A stretch of DNA of 64,000 nt from a virus (taxonomy: Duplodnaviria > Caudoviricetes). The notes under the pieces are model-generated. The model did not search any database and was not told the DNA's origin. It saw only the letters and a program-made list of their open reading frames with translations. Below are positions 17,643-27,176 of the stretch, piece by piece; position 1 is the first letter of the stretch, and every line of letters starts with the position of its first letter. The stretch lies in the IMG/VR virus record IMGVR_UViG_3300027766_000001; one strand, given 5' to 3'. The translations under genes were made by a program, and so were the position numbers.

Positions 17643-18356
17643 ATGAGCAATTCCGCAATGATCAATTCAGTCCGTGATTTTAAGAAAGCACGTAACGCTC
17701 AGACTGACAACGTCGTGGATATTCGTTCACAACCGTCTCTGGCTGAAATGCATTTTGCCCGTGCTGATGAAGCACACATTGAAGTAACCATTGAAACCCC
17801 ATCTGAAACCTTGACCTGTGAGGAAGTAATCATGAACACTAACACTACTGCTAACACCGCTGGCGCAACCCCTAACAACCTGAAAGTTGAACTGAGTGCT
17901 TTGGCAAAAACTGTTGAAGCGGCGTTGCAGGAAGGTACTGCGCAAGCACAGCCTGCTGTGGAAGAGCAGATCGAAACCGTATCAGTACGCGATGTGGTCA
18001 AAGCCCGTAAAGGTATCCGTACCAAACAGATCATTGAGAACGTCGGCATGGCAGTGGTAACTGCAGCCACTATCTCAGCAACCGGTCGTAAGTTTGGCCG
18101 TAACAAGAAGGCTGCTGACATCACTGCGGGTGTCTTCGGTGGTCTGATTGCTTACAACGCAATCTCTAAAGTCAGCCAGGGCAAGGCAGAGATCATCGCT
18201 AAATACGGTGATGACGAAGAAGTGAAAGCAGCTTCTACGTTCAACCTGTTTGACGAAGTCATCCCGAGCCTGGTTGGATCTGTTGTGTGTGGCGCACTGG
18301 TTGGTCGCTTCCTGGTGCGTAAAGCCAAAGAAGTTGTTAACGACGCGGCTGAATAA
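17643..18356 (+). CDS. Hypothetical membrane protein with a probable second in-frame start at 17832
   Basis: SD GAGGA before 17643; leader motif plus GAGGA before 17832; C-terminal Gly/Ala-rich hydrophobic helices. Confidence 0.75.
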   Translation: MSNSAMINSVRDFKKARNAQTDNVVDIRSQPSLAEMHFARADEAHIEVTIETPSETLTCEEVIMNTNTTANTAGATPNNLKVELSALAKTVEAALQEGTAQAQPAVEEQIETVSVRDVVKARKGIRTKQIIENVGMAVVTAATISATGRKFGRNKKAADITAGVFGGLIAYNAISKVSQGKAEIIAKYGDDEEVKAASTFNLFDEVIPSLVGSVVCGALVGRFLVRKAKEVVNDAAE

Positions 18357-18366
18357 GGATCGCATC

Positions 18367-18735
18367 ATGAGCCAAATTGATGAGGTGAGCTTACCGCTCA
18401 CCGCACGTAAAAACGTGCTGCTCACTCGCCTGTCCCGTGGGGCAGGCTTCGTGGGTGCTGTGTCAGCTGGGTTGCTGTTGAAGAAACTCCCGGCTGAAAA
18501 GATCGCCTTGGCGGCGGCCTTGCTCTGTTCGATGGAACTGGTGACCGCAGGCTTAACCGCTGTGGATGACCAGACCGTCAAAGATGAAATGAAACGTGAG
18601 AACTTCGGTCGCCCACAAGAGAAGCTGGAAGCAGCGGGTGTGGGTATGGGTACTGGCTTCGTCATCGTAGCAGCAGGGCTGCTCATGGTGAAGCTCCTCA
18701 GTAAAGGTAAAGACAATGAGCAAAACACAGAATAA
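18367..18735 (+). CDS. Membrane protein with Gly-rich helices
   Basis: SD AAGGA before ATG 18367 (track starts at 18250); three hydrophobic segments. Confidence 0.75.
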   Translation: MSQIDEVSLPLTARKNVLLTRLSRGAGFVGAVSAGLLLKKLPAEKIALAAALLCSMELVTAGLTAVDDQTVKDEMKRENFGRPQEKLEAAGVGMGTGFVIVAAGLLMVKLLSKGKDNEQNTE

Positions 18736-18922
18736 GCAGTGCGAACAAATCGAAGTGGTTGCCCGTCCTGAGCGTTGGGGTATCCCGTTGGTGGCAATCA
18801 CCATGGGCGCCGTGCTGGCTGGCAGTGAAAACCGTGGCGTTAAAGCGCTGGGTGCAGGCATCGTCATGGCCTCTGCATTGAGCATCCTGAAGAAATTAGC
18901 AAGATTGGTGGACGAAGAATGA
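18716..18922 (+). CDS. Small membrane protein
   Basis: 68 aa, hydrophobic hairpin, overlaps both neighbours. Confidence 0.7.
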   Translation: MSKTQNKQCEQIEVVARPERWGIPLVAITMGAVLAGSENRGVKALGAGIVMASALSILKKLARLVDEE

Positions 18923-19395
18923 AACACAAAGAAATGATTGAAGAAATGGAAAAGGTGACCCACTCCGAACTGCTGGAGTGGTTTGGGTCAGGTAAGAATG
19001 CTGAAGACTGGATCGTTAGCTATTACAACTTCGATGGCTTCAGTGACGAGGAGAAAGAAAAGGCACACGCTGATCTGCGTGTTGAGATCGTTACCATTCT
19101 GACCGAAGATCTGCTGCCAAGCGAATACCCGTATGCTGCGCTGAAACAAATGGGTGCAACTTCACAGGAGCTCCAGGACGCCAGCGCCTACGTACCGGGT
19201 AATCAGGTCTCCATAGATCTTTCTCTGGTCGCCGGTGAGTGGATCAATAAAGATCCGGTTAACGCCGTGGAAGAACAGATCGATGCGGTGAAAGCCAAAC
19301 TAAGCAGTAACCGTAAAAACCTGTTGCTTGGTATTGCGATCGGTAGTGTCGCAACCGCAGCTGTCGCTTATTGTCTGACCCGTGCAGATAAATGA
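18919..19395 (+). CDS. Acidic protein with C-terminal membrane anchor
   Basis: ATGA overlap; C-terminal LLLGIAIGSVATAAVAYCL. Confidence 0.8.
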   Translation: MKHKEMIEEMEKVTHSELLEWFGSGKNAEDWIVSYYNFDGFSDEEKEKAHADLRVEIVTILTEDLLPSEYPYAALKQMGATSQELQDASAYVPGNQVSIDLSLVAGEWINKDPVNAVEEQIDAVKAKLSSNRKNLLLGIAIGSVATAAVAYCLTRADK

Positions 19396-19402
19396 TGTGA
19401 TA

Positions 19403-19436
19403 AGAGAAGGGAGCATTGCTACCCTTCTTTTTTTGT
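19403..19436 (+). terminator. Rho-independent terminator
   Basis: AGAAGGG-AGCATTGCTA-CCCTTCT followed by a T-run. Confidence 0.65.
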
Positions 19437-19452
19437 TTAACAGGGGGTTATT

Positions 19453-19917
19453 ATGCACGACCTATTAGTGGTGATTGGGACGGTCATTGGCTTGTTCGTG
19501 CTGCTGTCCATTACTCGGCTGATGTTTGATTCCTGGTTGGCTCGAATGATGGAACGGCGTATACGTGCCTTGGCGTTGTTCCTGCGTGGTTATGATGGTG
19601 CGGTGAGTTCGACACTGTGTATGGTTGTGGTGGCAGAACTTCATTCGCGCTTATTCATGCCCAAAGAATTGAAAGTAGAAGAAGAACACAGCATCCTGAT
19701 TAACACGATTGCCAACTGGATCGTGGTACTGTGTCAGCAAGAAGTGCGCAACCAATTTGAAATGCTGTTGGTGATTGCCAGTGAATTGAACCATCAACCC
19801 AACCACAAAGCGTGTGTGAATATCACCACCACCAATCGCCTGGAGTTGATTGTTACCACCGAGGGATTATCACAACCTCTCTACCTGAAGTTCCATTCGA
19901 CCAATACCTTGTTTTGA
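19453..19917 (+). CDS. Membrane-anchored hypothetical protein
   Basis: SD GGGGG; N-terminal TM LLVVIGTVIGLFVLLSI. Confidence 0.75.
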   Translation: MHDLLVVIGTVIGLFVLLSITRLMFDSWLARMMERRIRALALFLRGYDGAVSSTLCMVVVAELHSRLFMPKELKVEEEHSILINTIANWIVVLCQQEVRNQFEMLLVIASELNHQPNHKACVNITTTNRLELIVTTEGLSQPLYLKFHSTNTLF

Positions 19918-19920
19918 TCG

Positions 19921-19958
19921 GCATAAAGGCAGAGCCGGAGCCCTGCCTCGGTTTATGC
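19921..19958. terminator. GCATAA-hairpin-TTATGC element at a convergent junction
   Basis: GCATAA-AGGCAG...CTGCCT-CGGT-TTATGC; includes the minus-strand stop. Confidence 0.6.
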
Positions 19959-20567
19959 TTTGCCTGCAGTGAGACGTTGCTCGTAATCCGCGATGATTGT
20001 CCGAAGACGCTCGTTCTCGGCTTCAGAGGCAATCAGCTGAGCATGTTCCGTTACCCGACGCTTAATGGCATTGAGGCGGTTCTGCTCATTGATACGGTGC
20101 TGCTCAGCGGTGACGGTACCCACAGACGGTGCGACGTTAATAGACACGGTAGGTTCAATACCCACCAGATCAGATACCGTTGCCTTGACTTCATCCATAG
20201 TCTGTTGCAGTGAGCTCACCAGTGACGAAGGCACTGCACCCAGTGGAATCGACAACACCACGTAGTCATACGCAATGGCGGTATCGTCCGGCATCGAGGC
20301 AATGTACGTACTGGGTACGTAGATCGTCTTCTGCCCTGGTGCTGTCAACGTGATGATCATGGCATTGTTCAGTACGTCTGATTCGTACTCGACCTTGGTC
20401 AACCCTACCGGCGTGTAAACACGCTCCAGGATATTGACGTTCAGACCGAGCATCTCATCGATGGTACGAACTGCTTCTGCCATGTAAATGGTGTCAGGCG
20501 TAACCGCAAAGGGCGCGTTTAACGACCAGATACCTCGTAGGCGCGGTGGAGGTGTAATGTTAGCCAT
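19953..20567 (-). CDS. Putative virion structural protein (phiKZ-like)
   Basis: 204 aa, coupled to the upstream 442-aa gene; position next to RNase H as recalled for phiKZ-like genomes. Confidence 0.65.
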   Translation of the reverse strand: MANITPPPRLRGIWSLNAPFAVTPDTIYMAEAVRTIDEMLGLNVNILERVYTPVGLTKVEYESDVLNNAMIITLTAPGQKTIYVPSTYIASMPDDTAIAYDYVVLSIPLGAVPSSLVSSLQQTMDEVKATVSDLVGIEPTVSINVAPSVGTVTAEQHRINEQNRLNAIKRRVTEHAQLIASEAENERLRTIIADYEQRLTAGKA

Positions 20568-20577
20568 GGCTTACCTC

Positions 20578-21906
20578 TTACACAGTAACCGGGTACAGAG
20601 ACTCGGTATACGGCTTCGCCACCATCAGCAGTTTGATACCGTCTACGGTCTTGGTGCCACAGATGACGCCGTCACGTACCACACGGTTCACCCCAGCAGG
20701 CAGCTCAGAGAACTCTTGCATGGTTTCCGTGGCAATGACCAGCTCTTGCACCGCGTAGATGAAAGCCTGCGTGCCGCGTGAGATGCTGTCAAAGGTGACA
20801 TTGTCAGAGGGGATCAGCGCGTAGTCCGGGTACAATTCTTTCAGCTTGAACTGACCTGAACGGTTAGTGGGTTTAGCCACCGCATTCAGGATCAGGGATT
20901 TGTTCAGGCTTGGGAAGATCTGCAGTGATTTACGGACGTGATCCTCTGGGTACCACTTCATGACTTTCAGTGGGAGTTCCAGCATGGTTTCGAAATCGAT
21001 AACCGGGCTGTACGTACCTGCCTGCACCGTTTTGTTCGGAATGCTATAGGACATCCAATTCGGCGCGATCACGTACTCGATTGGGTTGAAGAGATCCGGG
21101 ATCACTAAGCCCCATTCTTCTTCATCGTATTTCGAGTTCGCCAGGATAGACGCTTTGATGGCTTCATACGCCGCATCATCGTTACGCCCGTTCTTACCCC
21201 AACCCACAACCTGCCAGTAGGCAGTCTGGAATTTGGCGGTATTGGCTTTGTCGTACACTTTGAACGAGTAGGTCTGAATGAAGGTCTGTGGATGAACACC
21301 GATCATCTCGTCCAGCGCCTGCGACACATCCCCCTTCGTGACAGCATCAATCGCTGTCTTCTGTTGAACGTAATCTTCATGCAAGATGTCCAGCTGATCG
21401 TTGGGCACACAGTTCAACACATCCAATTCAAACCGTGGGTAACTTAACTGGAATGCGGCATCCGTAAACCAGATCTTCACGGTGTTGTCGTCAACGTTAC
21501 TGCCAACGATGCTACCAGAGACCCATTCTGGCGCCCAGTGTTGTCCGTCGGTTACCATCGCACCAATCGCCAGGTTCGACCAGGCGTTGCCAAATTCGCT
21601 GGTGATCTGCTGCAGTGTAATGGTCTTATCGTTAGTGATCCGCCCGTCAATAATGCGCGTCATCAACCAGTAATGTAACTGGAGGATGGGTGACTTATAG
21701 ACATCGGTTAAAACAAAGTCGGCACCGTTATCGTTTTCAGCGGTGAACGCCTGAAAGACCGCACCGGGTTGACTATCGTTAGTATAGGTTCCGATGTTTC
21801 GGGAAGACGTCAAGGAGATTGCTGATAACTCGCCGATTGCATTTGTAATCTGCGGGCTATTGTTGATCAAGGCATTGCATACCGCAAACCCGAGTATCGT
21901 TTTCAT
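20578..21906 (-). CDS. Putative virion structural protein (phiKZ gp157-like position)
   Basis: 442 aa, core-gene codon use; synteny from recall. Confidence 0.65.
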   Translation of the reverse strand: MKTILGFAVCNALINNSPQITNAIGELSAISLTSSRNIGTYTNDSQPGAVFQAFTAENDNGADFVLTDVYKSPILQLHYWLMTRIIDGRITNDKTITLQQITSEFGNAWSNLAIGAMVTDGQHWAPEWVSGSIVGSNVDDNTVKIWFTDAAFQLSYPRFELDVLNCVPNDQLDILHEDYVQQKTAIDAVTKGDVSQALDEMIGVHPQTFIQTYSFKVYDKANTAKFQTAYWQVVGWGKNGRNDDAAYEAIKASILANSKYDEEEWGLVIPDLFNPIEYVIAPNWMSYSIPNKTVQAGTYSPVIDFETMLELPLKVMKWYPEDHVRKSLQIFPSLNKSLILNAVAKPTNRSGQFKLKELYPDYALIPSDNVTFDSISRGTQAFIYAVQELVIATETMQEFSELPAGVNRVVRDGVICGTKTVDGIKLLMVAKPYTESLYPVTV

Positions 21907-21981
21907 GGTTCACCCTTTACAATGGGAGTGGATAAAAGACATAACATTCAGCAACGGTACGTGATTTGGGGGAATAACAGC

Positions 21982-22398
21982 ATGCTACTGTTACGTATAC
22001 TTTTTATGTGTCTCCCCTTTATTCGGAAGCACTCGAATACCTTCATGTCCGACGGCGCCACCCGGTACAGCACCTCGCGCAAAAACAAAGGGATTTATTA
22101 TGCGCTAATCGCATCCATTGTTCTGCTCTCAGGCTTAGTCATCTATGGCTATCGTGAATACGAGAACTTGAGTAAGCAGAATCGGCAGTTCGTTGACGAG
22201 TTAGGTGTTCTTCGTGGCATGACGAGCATCTACCCCAACATGACGGATATGTTGCAGCAAAACCGGATGCTGTTACAGCATAATAAAGCATTAGGCGATG
22301 AAGTGTTAGATCTCCGTGAGGAAAACAGTCGTTTACATGTTGAGTTGATTGGGAAATGTGAAACTCCAGTAAAAACGGTTGCGAAAGTACCTCCGTGA
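21982..22398 (+). CDS. Membrane protein with TM and coiled coil (i-spanin-like architecture possible)
   Basis: TM GIYYALIASIVLLSGLVIYGY followed by heptad-rich segment; SD GGGGA. Confidence 0.65.
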   Translation: MLLLRILFMCLPFIRKHSNTFMSDGATRYSTSRKNKGIYYALIASIVLLSGLVIYGYREYENLSKQNRQFVDELGVLRGMTSIYPNMTDMLQQNRMLLQHNKALGDEVLDLREENSRLHVELIGKCETPVKTVAKVPP

Positions 22399-22468
22399 CC
22401 GTTTTGGTATTTCTTTACCTACCCGACCTATTATAAGAGAGTATTGCGGATAATTTGAGGAGTTTACG

Positions 22469-23980
22469 ATGGAAGTAACATCATTGCCGAAAGTCTCCAT
22501 GGTGTTATACACCGATGGTGGTTTTCGACAGAATGTCGGTGGTTGGGGGGTGCATGGTTACAGCTACACCGTAGACGACGAAGACAAGAAGAAAAAGAAG
22601 AAACCCGCTGTTGGTGTACCGACCACCACAGGGTACATTATCAAAGACGATCCAAAGATGCAGCAACGTGAAGTTGTACGTCCTGCACAGGTCTTTGAGT
22701 CATTCGGTGGCTTGCTACCGGAAACCACCAATAACATCGCTGAGATGACGGCTACGTTGAACGGCATGGATCTTGCCGTGAGCCAAGGTGCCGAGAAGTT
22801 GCTCATCTACACTGACAGCGAGTACGTAACGAAAGGCCTCACACAGTACCTCAATAAATGGAAGTCAAACGGCTGGCAAAAAGCTACAGGGGGCGAAGTT
22901 GCCAACAAAGCCTTGTGGGTTGCATTAGACAGCAAGCTTGCTGAATTGCAAGCAAAGAACATCCACTACACGTTCCAGTGGGTGAAGGGCCATGATGGCC
23001 ACAGAGGGAACGTAATGGCGGACTACATGGCAACGCGTGGTGTGCTGCTCGGTAAGAACGGCGATACCACACCGCGTCATAATGTCCAGGACTTCGGCGA
23101 GTACGACAAATACAGAGCGGACCGTCATCGCTTTGTGTCTCACGCTCGCTGGTACTTCAACCTCAGTGATGAGGACTTGCTGAAGGCGAACGAGCATGGC
23201 TTTTACGAGTACTGCTTCGGTCACCCTTCAAAGGAAGATACCGACCAAGTCTATCTGGGTAAAGCGTTGGCGGATACTGCATTCAGTACGGTGTGGTTGA
23301 AACAACCGGAAACCTGTTTGGACCTGGTGTATACCCGCGTGAAGAAGATCGCAACCAATGTGTACGGTAATGCCTTCATTGGGCGTCTTGACAACATCTA
23401 CTCCCCGTTCAACCATAAAGAGATTATGGACTACGGCGGCGAGTTGTTGTTCCGGGCGAACAAGAACGACAACGACATTACTAACTGCACAGGTGCTTTG
23501 ATTGTGCGTGAGTGTAACCCGCCGGCGATTTCGTATCGTGCGGTGAATAACCTCATGTTCCTGAACAAGTGCCTGACGGAGTTCCATACGGGGAAACTCA
23601 GTATCCTCAGTAAGGTGTATGACATTACCGATCTGATTTACGATCAGGAGACCACCAAGAAAGGTGAGGTGAAGTTCAACTTGGTGAAAACCATCAAGCA
23701 GAACACCAAAGCGATCAAGGTGCCGGTGTCGTGCGAAGTCCTCAATAAACCCATCACCGTAGACGTCACGTTGTCGCTGGGTCTGGATGTTCCTAACCGG
23801 AACACCTTAGCCGGCATCAGCGAAGCCAGTCCGAAGATTCACATCATGGTAATTAAGGAATCGGATGTTGCTTTCCGTTACTTGACTATCATGTCGTGTG
23901 ACGACGGTTATTGCATCATGGCAAACGTCTACGCCAACCTACGCATTCTGTCCAAAGCGGATCTGGACAAGTGCGCGTAA
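22469..23980 (+). CDS. rnhA: Ribonuclease HI with long C-terminal extension (phiKZ gp155-like)
   Basis: YTDGGFR, TNNIAEM, IYTDSEYV, WVKGHDGHRGNVMAD (D-E-D-H-D set intact). Confidence 0.92.
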   Translation: MEVTSLPKVSMVLYTDGGFRQNVGGWGVHGYSYTVDDEDKKKKKKPAVGVPTTTGYIIKDDPKMQQREVVRPAQVFESFGGLLPETTNNIAEMTATLNGMDLAVSQGAEKLLIYTDSEYVTKGLTQYLNKWKSNGWQKATGGEVANKALWVALDSKLAELQAKNIHYTFQWVKGHDGHRGNVMADYMATRGVLLGKNGDTTPRHNVQDFGEYDKYRADRHRFVSHARWYFNLSDEDLLKANEHGFYEYCFGHPSKEDTDQVYLGKALADTAFSTVWLKQPETCLDLVYTRVKKIATNVYGNAFIGRLDNIYSPFNHKEIMDYGGELLFRANKNDNDITNCTGALIVRECNPPAISYRAVNNLMFLNKCLTEFHTGKLSILSKVYDITDLIYDQETTKKGEVKFNLVKTIKQNTKAIKVPVSCEVLNKPITVDVTLSLGLDVPNRNTLAGISEASPKIHIMVIKESDVAFRYLTIMSCDDGYCIMANVYANLRILSKADLDKCA

Positions 23981-23992
23981 GGAGAATGTGTT

Positions 23993-24355
23993 GTGTTTGA
24001 TGCAGCAACGACATTACCAATACGCAACGACGTAGACATCGGCGCGTTATTTGACCGTGACCGAGACCTAGAGGCGCCGATTAAACGGCGCTTGTTTCTG
24101 ACCTATGTTTGCAGACTGCGTCACCCTACGGACAATGCGGATGAGCTGAATCGTAAGTATGCGATTACGCGCAATGCAAAGGACGTGGACCGCTATCTCA
24201 AATATCTGTCAGTACTGGATCGCAGATTGGGCCGTGTGTATGAGGGGGTGGACATGTCTTCGCCACTGGACATCATTGCACACATGCCTGACTGGATTCG
24301 CTATGGGTCAACGGTCGAAGTGTTTCGTGATCTCAAAAACCTGAAGTATCTGTGA
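23993..24355 (+). CDS. Hypothetical protein
   Basis: SD AAGGAG, GTG start. Confidence 0.7.
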   Translation: MFDAATTLPIRNDVDIGALFDRDRDLEAPIKRRLFLTYVCRLRHPTDNADELNRKYAITRNAKDVDRYLKYLSVLDRRLGRVYEGVDMSSPLDIIAHMPDWIRYGSTVEVFRDLKNLKYL

Positions 24356-24358
24356 TCG

Positions 24359-24420
24359 GCATAAGAGGCGTTTCCTCCCAGTGGGAGGAAACCCTCTACT
24401 TTATGCTGTCTTTTATTTTT
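24359..24420. terminator. Bidirectional GCATAA-hairpin-TTATGC element
   Basis: GCATAAGAGGCGTTTCCTCCC-AGT-GGGAGGAAACCCTCTACTTTATGCTGTC, convergent junction. Confidence 0.8.
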
Positions 24421-25195
24421 TGCTTAACAGTTTGTCAGCGGTGTTGTTCAGCGCAGTACCGGTCGCAATCATCAGCGTCAGGGTCACGCTGTAGACATCT
24501 ACCGCACGGGCCAGACTCAGCATGAGGTCACCCAACATCTTCACCTGCACGGCAGTCATCGGCAGCGCACCAGACGCAACGTCGTTGTGGATGAGTTCAG
24601 CCAGGGCTGCGATACGGTCCACGTTGAGGCGGGTGTCTTTGGCATTACGACGCAACAGGCCTTGCACCAGTGTGTTAAATTCCACATAGGTGGCCTGATA
24701 TTGTGTCATAGATTCAAAGCGCGTAGAGAACACCGCCTCTGTAACATCACGCCCGTTAAAGGCTTTCTGCAGCATCAGCTCGGTTTTGTTCTTAGCATTG
24801 GTGACATTGCTCGCCACATACACCGAGGCACTCTCACCGTTGCTCAGATTCGCTAAGCAGGTCAACACACTGGGAAGTGTTTGCTCAACCGTTGCCAGGT
24901 AAGCACACCCCTGCACCAGTGTCGGCATCAGCTCTTTATATGAGACGTTCAAACGCTGCGGTTGGAAAATCAGACTGTCCATGACCTGCGTGTAGTTCAT
25001 GGATCCCATGACTTTCTTGGCAGCATTAACGTCAGCCAGTACCAGTGGTTTGTCCAGACCCAGGAGTTTACCCTGGAAGTAATTCTTGATACCTGCAAAG
25101 AGATTACCGATCGAAGACTTGACATCAAAGCCTTCGTTACCGATGCCCTCGTTGAGGTCCTTTACAGCATTTTCAAAATCGCTAATGGTATACAT
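24413..25195 (-). CDS. Putative head (ejection) protein with propeptide
   Basis: N-terminal EGIGNE|GF resembles the S/A/G-X-E prohead protease site; helical body. Confidence 0.65.
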   Translation of the reverse strand: MYTISDFENAVKDLNEGIGNEGFDVKSSIGNLFAGIKNYFQGKLLGLDKPLVLADVNAAKKVMGSMNYTQVMDSLIFQPQRLNVSYKELMPTLVQGCAYLATVEQTLPSVLTCLANLSNGESASVYVASNVTNAKNKTELMLQKAFNGRDVTEAVFSTRFESMTQYQATYVEFNTLVQGLLRRNAKDTRLNVDRIAALAELIHNDVASGALPMTAVQVKMLGDLMLSLARAVDVYSVTLTLMIATGTALNNTADKLLSKK

Positions 25196-25276
25196 ATTTG
25201 CTCCGAGGGACGTTTGTTTTCTTCAACATATTATCACTTCTTATGAAGTCATTTTCTTTTTATCTAAGGAACAACC

Positions 25277-26665
25277 ATGAGCTTATCTTTTGGTGAAGTT
25301 ATTGAGAAGTCTAAGCCGATTCGGCCGTTGCTGAATATCGGTGCCGGCTTTGACATCCCGACCGGCAGTTATCGTTTTGGTAAGCATGGTGAGTCTATCC
25401 TGAACGGTGGACTGGCTCCTTACACAGCGATCGTCGGGAAAGGCAACACCTTTAAAACCGCCATTATGATGTTTAAGATGGGTCGTGTACTGGAACGCTA
25501 CGGCAACAGTAACGCCCTGCACTACGATACCGAATGTACCTTTGGTACTGACCGTATCCTGAGCCTGATGTCCCACCTCGATCCGGGTGTGGCGCAAAGC
25601 TGGATCGATGAAGGTCGTATCTACCTGACCGATGACTCGATTGCCAAGGGTAACGAATGGTTTAAGAAAACCGTTCAGGAGTATGCGACGTTAAAACAAA
25701 AAGATCGCAAGTCCATGGGTACCCTGCCTTTCGTTGACAGCAACGGCAATCCAATTCCTTACCTGTTCCCAACCGTGAACGGCGCGGACTCCATCTCTGA
25801 GATGAAGTTCAACGACCTGGAAAAGAACTACGCGAAGATGGAAATCGGCCAGGGCGAAATGCAGACCGAAGCCATGCGTGTGTCGAACGCCAAACGTATG
25901 CTGATCGAAAAGACCCAGGGTTATGCAAATGCCGGCGGGTTGTATGTGATCATGTCAGCGCACCTCGGCAAAGAGCTGAACATGGACGGCAAACCGCAAG
26001 AGAAGAAAACCACCTTCATGAAGCAAGGTGACAAAATCTCTAAAGTGCCAAGCCAGATCCTGTCACTGCCGAACAACGCCTGGGAAATCTCCACCGGTAC
26101 GGTGTTGATCAACCGCGACACCAAAGAGTGGTTGTATCCGAAACCGGGTGATGTTGAAACGGCGGGTAACCCCGATCTGCTAACCCTGGTGGCGAAGAAC
26201 CTGCGCGGTAAGAACGGCCCGTCTGGTGTACCGTGGGAATTTGTGATGTCACAGTCTGAAGGTCTGCTGCCGTCACTGACTGAATTCAACCACATCAAAA
26301 ACTGCAACCGTTACGGCCTTGGCGGGAATGACCGTAATTATTATGTTGAGTTACTGCCTGATGTGAAGCTGATGCGTACCACGGTCCGTGGCAAGATCGA
26401 TGAAACCGCTGAGCTGCGTCGTGCGCTGGAAATCACCATGGAGATGTGCCAGATGCGTTACCTGTGGCACACCCGTGATCCGAAGTACAACGTGACACCT
26501 GAAGAACTGCGCGTTGGGCTGGAGAAGAAAGGGTACAAGTGGGATGTCCTGCTGAATACCCGTGGCTTCTGGACGTTTGAGGAAGATAACCATCCTCTGC
26601 CGTTCTTGAGCACCATGGACTTGCTTCGCATGTACCATGATGAGTACCGTCCGTACTGGATGTAA
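25277..26665 (+). CDS. uvsX: UvsX/RecA-like recombinase (phiKZ gp152-like)
   Basis: Walker A GKGNTFKT, YDTE motif, GADSISE, IMSAHLG; SD AAGGA. Confidence 0.85.
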   Translation: MSLSFGEVIEKSKPIRPLLNIGAGFDIPTGSYRFGKHGESILNGGLAPYTAIVGKGNTFKTAIMMFKMGRVLERYGNSNALHYDTECTFGTDRILSLMSHLDPGVAQSWIDEGRIYLTDDSIAKGNEWFKKTVQEYATLKQKDRKSMGTLPFVDSNGNPIPYLFPTVNGADSISEMKFNDLEKNYAKMEIGQGEMQTEAMRVSNAKRMLIEKTQGYANAGGLYVIMSAHLGKELNMDGKPQEKKTTFMKQGDKISKVPSQILSLPNNAWEISTGTVLINRDTKEWLYPKPGDVETAGNPDLLTLVAKNLRGKNGPSGVPWEFVMSQSEGLLPSLTEFNHIKNCNRYGLGGNDRNYYVELLPDVKLMRTTVRGKIDETAELRRALEITMEMCQMRYLWHTRDPKYNVTPEELRVGLEKKGYKWDVLLNTRGFWTFEEDNHPLPFLSTMDLLRMYHDEYRPYWM

Positions 26666-26681
26666 TGTGTCCGCGCGCTAA

Positions 26682-26706
26682 GGGGTGAGGAAACTCACCC
26701 CACTTT
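26682..26706 (+). terminator. Hairpin with GAAA tetraloop
   Basis: GGGGTGAG-GAAA-CTCACCCC then ACTTT. Confidence 0.55.
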
Positions 26707-26750
26707 ATACCGCCGGTTGGGAATGTAATGTTGTATTGGGAAAGACTATT

Positions 26751-27167
26751 ATGTTGAATAAAGAAGTACGTATAGTCGTTGCCGGCGATAAGGGGTTTCA
26801 TAACAAGGACCGCCTGAAGTCGGCACTGGACTCACTGATCAGTGACATCTTTCTGGTTAATGAAGGTGTTACTGATGAAGACGAGCTCCTGACGAAAGAG
26901 CATGTGGTGCTGATCACCAACGGGGAAATCAAAACCCTGGCAGCAGAGGTGAAAGAGTACTCGGTAGCTGCAGGTATTGACATCCAGGAAATCCCGGTGG
27001 AATGGGATCGTGGAAAGAAAGCATTCTTCGACAACTGTGGCGTGTTAGGTCTGCGTTCAACGCATGCCCTGATCTTCACCAACCACAACGACGAAGGTAT
27101 GTCTTCGCTGATCAAAGCCTGCCTCACTAACGGCAGTCGTGTGCGGGTCTTTACCTGCGCGATTTAA
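26751..27167 (+). CDS. SLOG-family protein (YspA/DUF2493-like), divergent
   Basis: RIVVAGDKGFHNKDRLKSALD, LITNGE, IPVEWDRGKKA, HALIF; ATG 26751 (track starts at 26685). Confidence 0.7.
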   Translation: MLNKEVRIVVAGDKGFHNKDRLKSALDSLISDIFLVNEGVTDEDELLTKEHVVLITNGEIKTLAAEVKEYSVAAGIDIQEIPVEWDRGKKAFFDNCGVLGLRSTHALIFTNHNDEGMSSLIKACLTNGSRVRVFTCAI

Positions 27168-27176
27168 GGATTCACT

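Noticed and set aside
18075-18797. 240-aa minus-strand ORF
   Set aside because: Ser/Pro/Thr-rich shadow over the membrane-protein array.
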